DNA of 64,000 nt from an uncultured cyanobacterium (GCA_963793425.1 CAWCAG010000005.1:778174-842173); one strand, 5' to 3'; positions 49,075 to 59,339 are shown, counted from the stretch's first letter. Translations and numbers: made by a program. The notes: generated by a model from the sequence alone, not told the origin.

Positions 49075-49692
49075 TCAAGGTTCTACAATCACAGGAGTAC
49101 CCATTTCTACTTCCTTAAACAAGGCTACTACGTCTTCGTTACGCATTCTGACGCAACCATTAGAAGCGGCTTGACCGATAGAGTCACGGTTGGGAGTACC
49201 ATGAAAGCCTATGTAGTCTTTGCCATCTGTCCAAAAGCCAATCCATCTTAAACCGAGAGGACTATTTTCTCCCGGAGAGAAAACTTCTCCTGTCCAAGGA
49301 TTTTCCCAAGCAGGATCAATAATCATTTGAATTATTTTATACTCTCCTTTTGGTGTAGGAGTACTATTTTTGCCAATTGCCACAGGATAGCTAACTTCTA
49401 TTTCTTTACCCCGATATAAATAAACTTTGCGCTCTCTTAATTTAAGTACTAAACGTCTAGTTTGAGATACTTCTGGAAAATAGAGAGAAGCTTCTTTTAA
49501 AGGAGGTAACTTGGGCTTTAGTTTAATGGTTTCCAGTAAGGCTTCTAATTCAGCATTCATTTCTATTTGAGCAGGATTGGAAGCCGTACTTGTCTGTTTT
49601 TGACCAACCAGTATTAAAGTAAAAATACTAAAGCAAATAACAGATAATTTGCTCAGCCAGGCTTTAACTGAGAAGTTGAGAAGTTTATCCAT
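49075..49692 (-). CDS. L,D-transpeptidase (YkuD domain)
   Basis: 205 aa with a signal anchor. Catalytic GFHGTPNRDSIGQAASNGCVRM. Confidence 0.85.
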   Translation of the reverse strand: MDKLLNFSVKAWLSKLSVICFSIFTLILVGQKQTSTASNPAQIEMNAELEALLETIKLKPKLPPLKEASLYFPEVSQTRRLVLKLRERKVYLYRGKEIEVSYPVAIGKNSTPTPKGEYKIIQMIIDPAWENPWTGEVFSPGENSPLGLRWIGFWTDGKDYIGFHGTPNRDSIGQAASNGCVRMRNEDVVALFKEVEMGTPVIVEP

Positions 49693-49786
49693 CTATTTCC
49701 TGGGGCTGGTTGTTGACAATGCGGTATTCTACTCAATGATTTGGCTATCAATTTTAAGCTGGAAAGTGCATATTCCTAAAAAAGCT

Positions 49787-50449
49787 ATGTTTAATTATTT
49801 TCTGAGAAGATTTTTTCCTCTTGTTACTTTATTCTTTTGTTTATTTTACCTCTCTGGTTGTGATCGCGTGGCTCAAAAAGAAAAACAATTGCAAACAGAA
49901 GCAGAAATTGCTCGCGATCATCAATTTAAAAAAGAATGCCAATTATTAAGAGAAACCATGGATACAGTTAGTACCGAAATTGGCTTTCCTTCTACGAAAG
50001 TTAACTTAGATATCAAAGAAAATGCTTCACCAATTTTATTGACTGCTTCTTCTCGATTGGCCGCTAGTCATGCAGAAGAAATTCCTGAAAAAATCAAAGT
50101 TGCTTTAGAAAAGCTTTACCAATTAAAATTAACTGAGCAATCTATTAAAAAGCATCGTGAGGAGATAACTTTCAAGCTCAACCAACTCAAAGAGATGATA
50201 GAAAGTTCCCGCCCAGAACTAGAACAAATTAGAGAATCTGTGACTTTACTTGCTAACATTGATATAGATACCTCTTCTGCTGAGTATAAACAAGCTCAAG
50301 AATTAATTGGAAAAGCAGCTAAAGCAGAAACAGTTCCTACTAATTTAACAGCAATTAGACGACACGAAAATGAGTTAAGCGAATTAAAAATCAAGTTGTT
50401 TTCTCAACAATGTTTACTAAACAAAGAGCAAGACTCAGATATTGAATAA
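49787..50449 (+). CDS. putative lipoprotein, coiled-coil rich
   Basis: The ATG at 49787 gives MFNYFLRRFFPLVTLFFCLFYLSGCDR, with a lipobox LSGC. The track start at 49649 overlaps the divergent gene. Confidence 0.55.
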   Translation: MFNYFLRRFFPLVTLFFCLFYLSGCDRVAQKEKQLQTEAEIARDHQFKKECQLLRETMDTVSTEIGFPSTKVNLDIKENASPILLTASSRLAASHAEEIPEKIKVALEKLYQLKLTEQSIKKHREEITFKLNQLKEMIESSRPELEQIRESVTLLANIDIDTSSAEYKQAQELIGKAAKAETVPTNLTAIRRHENELSELKIKLFSQQCLLNKEQDSDIE

Positions 50450-50488
50450 ATATATAGCAATTGATAAATGTTTAATGTTTAATGATCA

Positions 50489-52021
50489 ATGATTTCTAAG
50501 ACTCGTGGCGCGATCGCTGCCGGACATCAGAAAACGGCAGAAGCTGGACAAGCAATGTTTGCTTTAGGAGGTAATGCTTTTGATGCTGCCGTAGCAGCAG
50601 TATTGGCTGCTTGTGTGACAGAGCCTTGTTTAACTTCAGTGGCAGGGGGAGGATTTTTACTTGCTCATACTCAAGATAATCAACAACTTTTATTTGATTT
50701 TTTTACTCAAACTCCCCAGCAAAAAAAGCCTCTTTCCCACCTTGATTTTTATCCTGTTGAAGTTAACTTTGGTGGCGCGAAGCAAATCTTTCATATTGGT
50801 AAGGGGGCAATGGCTGTGCCGGGTAATCTGGCAGGCTTATTTACCGTACAGGAGAAGCTAGGTAAATTACCCTTTGAGGAAGTAGCCCAACCCGCTATTG
50901 ATTATGCCAGTAAAGGAGTAGAAATCAGTAAGTTTCAAGACTTTTGTTTGACAATTCTCGAACCAATTATTAGCGCTTCTCCTGAGTCAAGAAACTTGTT
51001 TTTCTCTCAAGGAAAAAGATTACAAGCCGGAGATATTTTCAAAAACTCAGATTTTGCGATTACTTTAAAGCATCTAGCTAAACACGGAGTAAAAGAGTTT
51101 TATGAAGGAGAAGTTGCTCGACAGTTAGTTGAAGATTGTCAAAAACAAGGAGGACATCTAACTTTAGAAGACCTACAAAGCTACCAAGTAATTATTAGGC
51201 AACCCCTCAAAACCCATTATCGTGGCTACCAAGTTATTACCAATCCATCTCCTAGTTCCGGGGGAACATTAATTAGTTTTTCCCTACAACTATTAGCAAC
51301 AATTAACTTAGCTAACCTCGAATTTTCTAGCCAAGAACACTTACAAATTCTAGCTCAAGTAATGAGTTTAACCAATATAGCCAGGGAAAGCAAACAAGAT
51401 GACTTTCCTGACAATTTCCTGGCTTTAGAACATTTACAAAACTATCAAAAAAGCTTACAACACAACGCCAATAAATTGGGCGGTACTACCCATGTTAGCG
51501 TCATTGATGAGTTAGGAAATGCTGCTAGCGTCACTACTTCTAACGGGGAAGGTTCTGGTTATATTATTCCTGGCACAGGAATTATGGTTAACAATATGCT
51601 AGGCGAAGCAGATTTAAACCCCAAAGGATTTCATAATTGGCCAACAAATCAGCGCCTTACTTCTATGATGGCTCCCACTATTATTCTTCAAGAAAATAAT
51701 CCTCAGTTTGTCCTTGGTTCGGGAGGTTCCAATCGAATCAGGACAGCAATCTTACAGGTTATTTCCAATTTAATCGATTTTAAAATGAGTTCTCAATTAG
51801 CAGTAGAAAGTCCCAGAGTACACTGGGAAAATAATTTATTCCACGTTGAACCTATGGCTAATCTAGAAGTTATTGATAACCTCAAATTACCAAACTCTAG
51901 CCAAGTCGTTTTATGGCCAGAAAAAAATATGTTTTTTGGTGGAGTTCATGGAGTAGAAGTTACTAATAACGCCCTATTTGGTGCAGGAGATTCTCGGCGT
52001 ATGGGAGTATTTCTGAAGTAA
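50489..52021 (+). CDS. ggt: gamma-glutamyltransferase
   Basis: 510 aa. The autoprocessing/catalytic site is GGTTHVSVID. Also GSGGSNRI. Confidence 0.9.
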   Translation: MISKTRGAIAAGHQKTAEAGQAMFALGGNAFDAAVAAVLAACVTEPCLTSVAGGGFLLAHTQDNQQLLFDFFTQTPQQKKPLSHLDFYPVEVNFGGAKQIFHIGKGAMAVPGNLAGLFTVQEKLGKLPFEEVAQPAIDYASKGVEISKFQDFCLTILEPIISASPESRNLFFSQGKRLQAGDIFKNSDFAITLKHLAKHGVKEFYEGEVARQLVEDCQKQGGHLTLEDLQSYQVIIRQPLKTHYRGYQVITNPSPSSGGTLISFSLQLLATINLANLEFSSQEHLQILAQVMSLTNIARESKQDDFPDNFLALEHLQNYQKSLQHNANKLGGTTHVSVIDELGNAASVTTSNGEGSGYIIPGTGIMVNNMLGEADLNPKGFHNWPTNQRLTSMMAPTIILQENNPQFVLGSGGSNRIRTAILQVISNLIDFKMSSQLAVESPRVHWENNLFHVEPMANLEVIDNLKLPNSSQVVLWPEKNMFFGGVHGVEVTNNALFGAGDSRRMGVFLK

Positions 52022-52047
52022 TAAGTAATAAGTAATAAGTAATAAGT
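52016..52047. repeat. heptamer array AAGTAAT x4.5
   Basis: It starts inside the last ggt codons and covers the stop codon. Confidence 0.85.
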
Positions 52048-52061
52048 TTGAAAATTTTCTC

Positions 52062-52086
52062 TAGCCTGACGGCAACCCTCCGCGCA
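52062..52086 (+). repeat. dispersed repeat (TAGCCTGACGGCAAC...GCGC), copy 2
   Basis: It matches 15307-15332 and 52261-52286. Confidence 0.5.
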
Positions 52087-52097
52087 CTGTGTTGGTA

Positions 52098-52132
52098 ATT
52101 AGCGATTAGCAACTAGCAACTAGCAATTAGCC
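52098..52132. repeat. heptamer array A(T/C)TAGCA x5 (reverse complement of the TTGCTAA family)
   Basis: attagcg attagca actagca actagca attagcc. Confidence 0.85.
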
Positions 52133-52133
52133 A

Positions 52134-52238
52134 TCACTTTTGTGTCCAAAAAGTAGTAAACATCATCAACATCGCACCTATAAAAATTATCACTCCAAGT
52201 CCACCAGCAATATAGTTTAGTAATTCAGTATTTTCCAT
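52134..52238 (-). CDS. candidate 34-aa single-TM micro-protein
   Basis: ATG...TGA ORF below the track cutoff: MENTELLNYIAGGLGVIIFIGAMLMMFTTFWTQK. One clear hydrophobic helix. No obvious SD and no family recognised. Confidence 0.3.
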   Translation of the reverse strand: MENTELLNYIAGGLGVIIFIGAMLMMFTTFWTQK

Positions 52239-52260
52239 AATTTCAACCATAAATGTTTAA

Positions 52261-52300
52261 TGTAGCCTAACGGCAACGCTTACGCGAATAATGTTCAATG
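52261..52300 (+). repeat. dispersed repeat, copy 3 (tgtagcctaacggcaacgcttacgcgaataatgttcaatg)
   Basis: It matches 15307-15350 over ~40 nt. Confidence 0.5.
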
Positions 52301-53278
52301 TTCAATGATATTAGCATTGGCATTCCTTCGTAACATTTTAGGCTTAATTCTCCTCAAAGCTGAAGCAGGAAATCTTTGTTGCCATTCTTCTTCGGTAATT
52401 TCTGCTAATTCTGTTAATTTGGGAGCAACATTACCAGGATAGGGTTGAAAATCTTCCACATCAGTTTCTTGAGCAAAACGCTGATTCCAAGGACAAACAT
52501 CTTGACAAATATCACAACCTGCTACCCATCCTTCTAAATGGGGTTGGACTGATTTTGGTAACTCCGTATCTCGATTTTCGATGGTATGATAAGCAATGCA
52601 GCGATTAGCATCCACAACAAAAGGTTGGACAATAGCATCCGTAGGACAAGCTTCTAAACAGCGAGTACAAGTGCCGCAATGTTCTGTATGGGGAGTATCC
52701 GGTGATAAGACTAAATTAGTAACTATTTCCCCTAAAAACACCCAACTACCATATTCTCTCGTAATTAAATTACTATTTTTAGCCACCCAGCCAATTCCTG
52801 CTTGTTGGCTCCAAAATTTATCTTGTATTGGCGCAGTATCAACATAATAACGTGCTGTCACCTCTTCTTCTTTCCCTTCTTCCTGCAACCAAGCCGTCAA
52901 AGCTTTCAGTTTCTTCTGCATAACTTTGTGATAATCCCTTCCCCAACCATAACGGGATATTTTCCCGTATTTTTTCCCTTCTGGTCGCTGATGGGGGGTA
53001 TAGTAATTCAGAGCCAGACAAATCACTGATTTAGCCTCTGGCAGCTCGAAGCGCTTAGGATGAGCCATCCAAGCCATATTAGCTTGATACCCCAAACTTA
53101 ACCAATTCTGAAGGGAAGCAGCAGCAGCCTGGTGAGACTCAGTTGCCGCTTCAACAGAAGCAACACCTACTTCATGAAAACCAATAGCTAGAGCTTGTTC
53201 TTTAAGTAAAGAACTATCAATGTTCACTGTACTTAAGTTTGCTTTATTTCTGGTAGAGTAGTTTCCAATTTTAAACAA
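52295..53278 (-). CDS. queG: epoxyqueuosine reductase
   Basis: 4Fe-4S motifs CGTCTRCLEACPTDAI and CDICQDVCPWN. The track start at 53278 overlaps the upstream gene by 46 nt. An in-frame GTG at 53227 (VNIDSSLLKEQA...) is an alternative start. Confidence 0.88.
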   Translation of the reverse strand: MFKIGNYSTRNKANLSTVNIDSSLLKEQALAIGFHEVGVASVEAATESHQAAAASLQNWLSLGYQANMAWMAHPKRFELPEAKSVICLALNYYTPHQRPEGKKYGKISRYGWGRDYHKVMQKKLKALTAWLQEEGKEEEVTARYYVDTAPIQDKFWSQQAGIGWVAKNSNLITREYGSWVFLGEIVTNLVLSPDTPHTEHCGTCTRCLEACPTDAIVQPFVVDANRCIAYHTIENRDTELPKSVQPHLEGWVAGCDICQDVCPWNQRFAQETDVEDFQPYPGNVAPKLTELAEITEEEWQQRFPASALRRIKPKMLRRNANANIIEH

Positions 53279-53664
53279 TTACGACCATTTACTTGTAAGC
53301 GGTATTCCACTCTATCCATCAAACGGTTCATAATTAACCAACCATAACCGCCTTCTTGCTTATCATCAGGTTTCGGCGGCAAATAGGTTGAGAGATCAAA
53401 ACCCTTGCCGTAGTCCCAAATTTCTACAGCAATATCCCGCTCTTTCAATTCTAGGCAAACTAAAACAGGTAAATTGGGTTGATCCTTATGGGCATGACGT
53501 ACTACGTTCGAGTAAGCTTCTACTAAGGCTAAGCGTATCCGATTTTGTTGACTAGGCCAATCAACAGAATCACCTAACTCTAGAGTCAAAGAGTCAATTA
53601 ACCAACACTCAACAACCTTGAGAAACTTCAACTCACTTGGTACGTGTAGTTCAGTCTTCATCAA
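53233..53664 (-). CDS. RsbW-type anti-sigma factor / Ser-Thr kinase (HATPase_c_2)
   Basis: 143 aa. LALVEAYSNVVRHAH and GGYGWLIMNRLMD. It starts on the base next to the stop codon of the upstream PP2C gene. Confidence 0.75.
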   Translation of the reverse strand: MMKTELHVPSELKFLKVVECWLIDSLTLELGDSVDWPSQQNRIRLALVEAYSNVVRHAHKDQPNLPVLVCLELKERDIAVEIWDYGKGFDLSTYLPPKPDDKQEGGYGWLIMNRLMDRVEYRLQVNGRNCLKLETTLPEIKQT

Positions 53665-55377
53665 CTACATAACCTCCAGAGATAAAATAGTTTGGTCATC
53701 TTCTTGGACTTTATTGGTGTATTCTCCCAAGTGCTTTAGTAACTCGTCCAAGTTTAAAGGATCGGACTCTTGGAGTAGTAATTGCCAAAGACCTTGTTGA
53801 TTTAGCATTGAGCTAGCCTGGATTGTTTCATCCGCAGCCCCATTAGATTTGTTTACCATTGATCTTGTCACAGTTGCTTCTGTAATGCCATCACTAGTTA
53901 AAAGAAAAATATCACCCTGTTCTAAAGTTGAGTTACCCGCTTTCCCTTTCCAATCTTTAAGGATACCGAGGGGAATACCGCGAGTTTGTAAATAGTTTGG
54001 TTCTACTGTTATCTCTTTACTAGCATTTTTCCTCTGTTCAGCAACGGTACGATGCGACCAGAGCATAGGATAAATATGACCCGCATTAGCATAAGCTAGC
54101 TGGTTGGTGCTAGGAGTATAACGGGCTAAAACCATAGTTATAAAGCAGTTGGTGCTGAATAAATCTTCTGACATACTGCGGTTGAGGTTTTTCATCACTT
54201 CTTCTGGCTCTGGAGAAACTTCTTGGGCAACTTCTCTCCTCAGTACAGAAATGGCACTGGCCATAAATAAAGCCGCAGGTACACCCTTACCAGAAACATC
54301 AGCCACTGCCAACCAAACATCTCCTTGGGGATGGACATAAACTTCAAAGAAGTCTCCCCCTACTTCCCTAGCTGGGAAACAGCTAGCTTGGACAAAAACC
54401 CCTTCAACTTCTGGCCAGCTTTGACGTAAGATATTATTTTGAATCTGTCGAGCCACTTCTAATTCTGCTCGCATTTTTTCAGCTTGCTGTTGAGTTCTTT
54501 GTAAAAGCCTAGCTTGAGAAATTGCCAGGGCTGCTTGTTCACTCACAGCTTCTAGTAACTCAATATCAGATTCATCTTTAGCTGTAGCACTATCGATTTC
54601 ATAAAGAGAGAGAATTGCTAGTAATTCTTGCTGGCAGATTAGTGGCACAGCCAAGTGAAAGCAGTTTTCTTTACCAGTTTCTGCTGAGGTCAGCTTTTTA
54701 GTTTTTTGGCTCGATAAAACCTCTTGAAGCAAAGACTCTTCTTCTTGAGCAGAAATATCCCACTGGGCAACATTATTAATTTGAAAAGAGAAAGACTCTG
54801 GTAATATTTCCTGACCACTAATCGGCCGCAGCACTCCAGCTTTGGCCCCAAAATTCTCACCAATGGTTTTGACAATGGTTTGGGCCATACTGCTGTAGTC
54901 TAAGGATTCGCGAATTGTGTTAGTAATTTCATTTAATAACTCTTCGCGCCTCAAAACACGCCGCAGTTCATTAGTTCTTTGTTTAACAACCCTATAGGTA
55001 TCTGCTGCTTGTTGAACTACTGCTTTGAGCTTTTCAGGATTCCAAGGTTTGGTGATGTATTTGAAAACTTTACCGGAATTAATTGCTTCTACCAGGTCTT
55101 CAACATCGGTGTAACCAGTAAGAAGAATACGAATTGTATCGGGAAACCTTTCTACGGTTTTGCTTAAAAATTCTGTGCCATTCATAACTGGCATACGTTG
55201 ATCTGAGATGATTACAGCCATCTCTCCTTCCTTGTCAAGAATTTCGAGGGCGCTAAGGGCCCCATCCGCTTTACGAACTCGAAAATCTCGCCGGAAAGTC
55301 CGATAGAGCAAGTCTAAGTTGTCAGGCTCATCATCCACCACCATTAAATTAAGTTTGTTGCGGTTTGCCTGACTCAT
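53665..55377 (-). CDS. response regulator - GAF - PP2C/SpoIIE phosphatase (RsbU-like)
   Basis: 570 aa. REC (LMVVDDEPDNL, ISDQRMP, KPW), a GAF-like middle region and PP2C motifs (GGDFFEV, ADVSGKGVPAAL, LTSDGITEA). Confidence 0.85.
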   Translation of the reverse strand: MSQANRNKLNLMVVDDEPDNLDLLYRTFRRDFRVRKADGALSALEILDKEGEMAVIISDQRMPVMNGTEFLSKTVERFPDTIRILLTGYTDVEDLVEAINSGKVFKYITKPWNPEKLKAVVQQAADTYRVVKQRTNELRRVLRREELLNEITNTIRESLDYSSMAQTIVKTIGENFGAKAGVLRPISGQEILPESFSFQINNVAQWDISAQEEESLLQEVLSSQKTKKLTSAETGKENCFHLAVPLICQQELLAILSLYEIDSATAKDESDIELLEAVSEQAALAISQARLLQRTQQQAEKMRAELEVARQIQNNILRQSWPEVEGVFVQASCFPAREVGGDFFEVYVHPQGDVWLAVADVSGKGVPAALFMASAISVLRREVAQEVSPEPEEVMKNLNRSMSEDLFSTNCFITMVLARYTPSTNQLAYANAGHIYPMLWSHRTVAEQRKNASKEITVEPNYLQTRGIPLGILKDWKGKAGNSTLEQGDIFLLTSDGITEATVTRSMVNKSNGAADETIQASSMLNQQGLWQLLLQESDPLNLDELLKHLGEYTNKVQEDDQTILSLEVM

Positions 55378-55638
55378 TTACTCACTCCAGTTTGGCGATC
55401 CATTGAAAAAGACATCAGTGCGCTTATATTTTAAGAGCTTGACTGGCAAATTTTGCACCAACAAAAAGCTTACCAGCCAAATACCAGGACAATTAATCAT
55501 TTTAGATGCTAGTAAGGTTTAATTTCCGTAAGAGTCATTACCAACCCAATTAAAGAGTGGTTTGTTGGAGATTTGCTTCATAACTAAAAATAAGCTTAGT
55601 AGGTGAAGATTATATTATCGCTTGCTTTTTTCATCTCC

Positions 55639-56364
55639 TCAACCAACTAATCCTGAACGAAGAGCGCGAACAGCAGCTTGGGTGCGGTCATCAGCACATA
55701 ATTTGTTTAAAATATTACGAACGTGAGTTTTAACGGTTCCTACGGTAATAAAAAGTTTTTCAGCAATTTCAGCGTTGCTACAACCTTCGACAATAAGTTG
55801 AAGAACTTCTAGTTCCCTTTCCGTAAGAGGATAGGCTTCAATAAGTTGACTATATTCTGGCTCAGCAGCATTGATTCTCACTTTCCCTGGGTTCCCCGAA
55901 GGTACAGGGTTGGTTTCAGTGGAGGAACCTTTGGTTTGCGAGAGAATAATTCTGGCGATCGCCGGATCGATCCAAGCATTGCCCTCATGGGTTAATTTAA
56001 GTACCTCGATTAAGCGATCAAAGCTCATATTCTTCATACAGTAAGAATCAGCCCCAGCCGCAAAAGCAGCCAAAACAGCTTCTTCGTTATCGTGTAAAGT
56101 CAAAATCAAAATTTTGATTGGTTTTGATTCCCCTGATGAGGAATTTTCTTTTGATTTGCGAGTTAGCTCTATACCATCGATATCTGGCAGACCAATATCG
56201 ACTATACCGATATCAGGTTGGTAAGTTTCCAACAATTTTAAACCTTCAGTCCCATTAGCCGCTTCACCAACCAATTCGATCTCATTGGACTGTTGTAGTG
56301 CAGTCCTAAGTCCGACTCTAGTTAGATCGTGGTCTTCAATGAGAGCAACACGAATTTTACTCAT
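55639..56364 (-). CDS. NarL/FixJ-type response regulator (REC + LuxR HTH)
   Basis: 241 aa. IRVALIEDHDL, DIGIVDIGLPD and LTERELEVLQLIVEGCSNAEIAEKLFITVGTVKTHV. Confidence 0.9.
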   Translation of the reverse strand: MSKIRVALIEDHDLTRVGLRTALQQSNEIELVGEAANGTEGLKLLETYQPDIGIVDIGLPDIDGIELTRKSKENSSSGESKPIKILILTLHDNEEAVLAAFAAGADSYCMKNMSFDRLIEVLKLTHEGNAWIDPAIARIILSQTKGSSTETNPVPSGNPGKVRINAAEPEYSQLIEAYPLTERELEVLQLIVEGCSNAEIAEKLFITVGTVKTHVRNILNKLCADDRTQAAVRALRSGLVG

Positions 56365-56639
56365 CTTGAAAACGTTTCCCCAAAAAACTCTAATAACTAA
56401 TCAATAAAGTGTAGTATCTTCTCTAGCCTTTAGTTCAGATTGTCACAAATTACAGAAAATTGTCGTCAATACTTTGGTGAGCAATCAAAATTAAATTACT
56501 CTTAATATTTAACCTATCTTTAAGTTATGGGATGGTTAATTGGGCGTTGATTACTGACATAAAAGTCCTTAAATTTGTTTGACATGGGAAATAATTTTGC
56601 TGCTTTAGTATAAGTACTTTGAACTAGTAAGACAATCAA

Positions 56640-59339
56640 TTGAGACTAATTGATAGGAATGAAACCGTGAAAATTCTGGTGGTAGAAGATGATGAAATTG
56701 AACGTATGGTGCTGTACAAAGCCCTAATTAAAGCCAGGGCTGATATAGAAATGGAATCAGCCAATACCTGTGAGAGTGCTATTGCCAGCTTAAAACAACA
56801 AAGAGATTTTGAATGCGTTTTCCTGGACTACAGGTTGCCAGATGGTAGCGGCAGAGAACTAGTTGAAAAAATTCGTCGTGCAGAGATTAAAGTCCCCTTG
56901 GTGGTTTTAATCGCCCAAGGAGATGAGCATTATGCTGCTGATTTGATTAAAGCTGGGGCTTCTGATTATATTCCCCAAAGAAAAGTTTCTTCTGAGAGTT
57001 TGGCTCGTAGTCTTCACAATTCAGTACGCTTATACCATGCTGAGCAACAAGCTGATTTTGCGAATCGACGCTTGCAAGAAAGCGAGGAGATGTACCGCTT
57101 AGTTGTTGAAGGTTCTAATGATGGTATTTGGGATTGGGATCTTGATAGCCATAAAGTTTATGCCAATGATCGCCTTTTGGAAATGGTCGGTTTATCTCCC
57201 CAGGGAGTGACTGTTAATTATCAGCTCTTAAAAAAGTTATTACATTTAGGTGATCGCCTGAAGATTAGTCGGGCAGTTCGCGCTCATTTAAGGAAGCAAG
57301 CTAAGTTTGAGGTAGAGTTTCGGCTACGTCATGTGAGTGGGGAATACCTTTACTGTGTGGCGAGGGGAAAAGCCCAAAGGGATAGTAGCGGTAAGCCCCT
57401 AAGAATGTCTGGTATCGTTAGTGATATTACTGAGCGTAAACGCACAGAAGGGCGGACTCGCTTTTTAACTGAGGCCACGGAAGTTTTATCAGCTTCTTTA
57501 GATTATCAAACTACCCTAGAAAATCTTGCTCAGCTAGCTGTTCCTCGTTTAGCAGATTGGTGTGCTATTGATGTGGTTGATTCTCAGGGAGATTCTCGCC
57601 GTATCGCTGTTACCCACATAGAGCCTAGTAAAGAGGCTTTGGTGCGGCAGCTAGATTGCTCTGATGAGACAAAAGGTTATTGTCCTGTGGTTGGTTATGG
57701 CCAGGTTATTCATCGGGGCAAATCCGCTGCTTGTTTTTATGTTTCTGAAGAAAATTTAGCCCAAATAGCCAGGAATGAAGAACATCTAGAAAGACTCAAA
57801 AGTTTAAATATTCATTCTTATATTTGTGTACCCTTGAAAACTGGGGAAAGAACTTTAGGCTCTATTTTGTTTGTTTGGAGCGAATCTGGGCGCTGCTATA
57901 CCCAAGATGATTTTAAGCTAGCAGAAGATTTGGCCCATCGCGCAGCTTTGGCTATAGAAAATGCTCGACTGTTTCAAGAAGCCCATCAAGCGAGTGAGGA
58001 ACTACGCCAAGCTAATGCCATTTTAGGGGAACAACAACAACAACTACGTACTCTCCAGCAACTAACAAATTTATTGAATCATCGGCTCACAGATTTACCA
58101 GATTTGTTGCGGGTGATGGCCCGCTCTGTGTGCGAAGCTATTCCTGGAGCGCAGATTTGTTTTATTGCTTTATTTAATACTCAATGTAACCGTATGATGC
58201 TGACGGTGACTGCGGGGGTGGGGGAAGAAAGCCTCAGCTTGGAGGATGCTTCTTCTTCTAAGAGTTTGTTACGTCAAGTTTTTTTAACCGGGCAACCCAA
58301 GTTAATTCAAAGTCCTCAACAAGAAACAGGTTCAGCAAAAAGTTTGCCTCAGACGATTTATGCCGTACCAATCAAATCTGTGAAGTCAGGAAGTTTAGGA
58401 ATTTTGGCCATTGGTAATTGGGAAAATCCTACGGCTTTTGATAAAGAAGGACAATATCTTTTAACTGCTGTGGGAGAACAAGCTGCGATCGCCATTGATA
58501 ATGCTCGTTTGATTAATACCCTGGAAGAGAGGGAAGAGCGTTTAGAGTTTCAAAATCAAATTTTAGCAGAGCAAAATCAGGAGTTAGAAAGTCAGCGCTA
58601 CCAAATTCAACTGCAAAATTTGCAACTAATGGAAGCGGCAAAGATGAAGTCGCAATTCTTAGCAGTAATGTCCCATGAGTTGCGTACCCCCATGAATGCT
58701 ATTATTGGCTTTTCTCAAGTACTTTTACGTAAGAAAAACTCTGATACCCTAAGTGCCAATCAAGTACAGATGTTGGATAGAATTTATAATAATGGCAAGA
58801 CTCTTTTAGATTTAATTAATCATATTCTTGACCTTTCTAAAGCAGAAGCAGGACGTTTAGAATTACAAATTAAAGATTTTGATATTGTGCAGTTAGTGAG
58901 GACAACTATTGAGGAATTACGTCCTTTAGCTGATGAGAAATATTTAAGTTTAACATTTGATGTTAAGCTCAAACATTCTCGTGTTTGTAATGATAGCCTC
59001 CGTTTACGACAAATTGTCGTTAATCTCCTTTCTAATGCTATTAAGTTTACTGACAGAGGAAGCGTTGAGGTATTGATCCAAGAGGTAGATGAAGAGCATT
59101 TAGAAATAGCTGTTAAAGACACAGGTATTGGTATTAACGGGGAGCAGAAAGAGTATATTTTTGAAGAGTTTCGCCAAGTAGATCAAACCACGACCCGCAA
59201 ATATTCTGGTACGGGTTTAGGGTTAGCAATTACTGAGTCTTTGGTTAAGTTGATGCAAGGAGAAATTAGTGTAGAAAGTCAGCTTGGTGAAGGAGCTACT
59301 TTTAAGGTTAAGTTGCCTTATCGGGTTAGGTGTTGCTAA
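56640..59339 (+). CDS. hybrid sensor kinase: REC - PAS - GAF - GAF - HisKA - HATPase
   Basis: 899 aa from the TTG at 56640. An in-frame GTG at 56667 (VKILVVEDDE) is the more typical REC start. H-box SHELRTPMN. ATPase motifs KDTGIGI and GTGLGLAI. Confidence 0.9.
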   Translation: MRLIDRNETVKILVVEDDEIERMVLYKALIKARADIEMESANTCESAIASLKQQRDFECVFLDYRLPDGSGRELVEKIRRAEIKVPLVVLIAQGDEHYAADLIKAGASDYIPQRKVSSESLARSLHNSVRLYHAEQQADFANRRLQESEEMYRLVVEGSNDGIWDWDLDSHKVYANDRLLEMVGLSPQGVTVNYQLLKKLLHLGDRLKISRAVRAHLRKQAKFEVEFRLRHVSGEYLYCVARGKAQRDSSGKPLRMSGIVSDITERKRTEGRTRFLTEATEVLSASLDYQTTLENLAQLAVPRLADWCAIDVVDSQGDSRRIAVTHIEPSKEALVRQLDCSDETKGYCPVVGYGQVIHRGKSAACFYVSEENLAQIARNEEHLERLKSLNIHSYICVPLKTGERTLGSILFVWSESGRCYTQDDFKLAEDLAHRAALAIENARLFQEAHQASEELRQANAILGEQQQQLRTLQQLTNLLNHRLTDLPDLLRVMARSVCEAIPGAQICFIALFNTQCNRMMLTVTAGVGEESLSLEDASSSKSLLRQVFLTGQPKLIQSPQQETGSAKSLPQTIYAVPIKSVKSGSLGILAIGNWENPTAFDKEGQYLLTAVGEQAAIAIDNARLINTLEEREERLEFQNQILAEQNQELESQRYQIQLQNLQLMEAAKMKSQFLAVMSHELRTPMNAIIGFSQVLLRKKNSDTLSANQVQMLDRIYNNGKTLLDLINHILDLSKAEAGRLELQIKDFDIVQLVRTTIEELRPLADEKYLSLTFDVKLKHSRVCNDSLRLRQIVVNLLSNAIKFTDRGSVEVLIQEVDEEHLEIAVKDTGIGINGEQKEYIFEEFRQVDQTTTRKYSGTGLGLAITESLVKLMQGEISVESQLGEGATFKVKLPYRVRCC

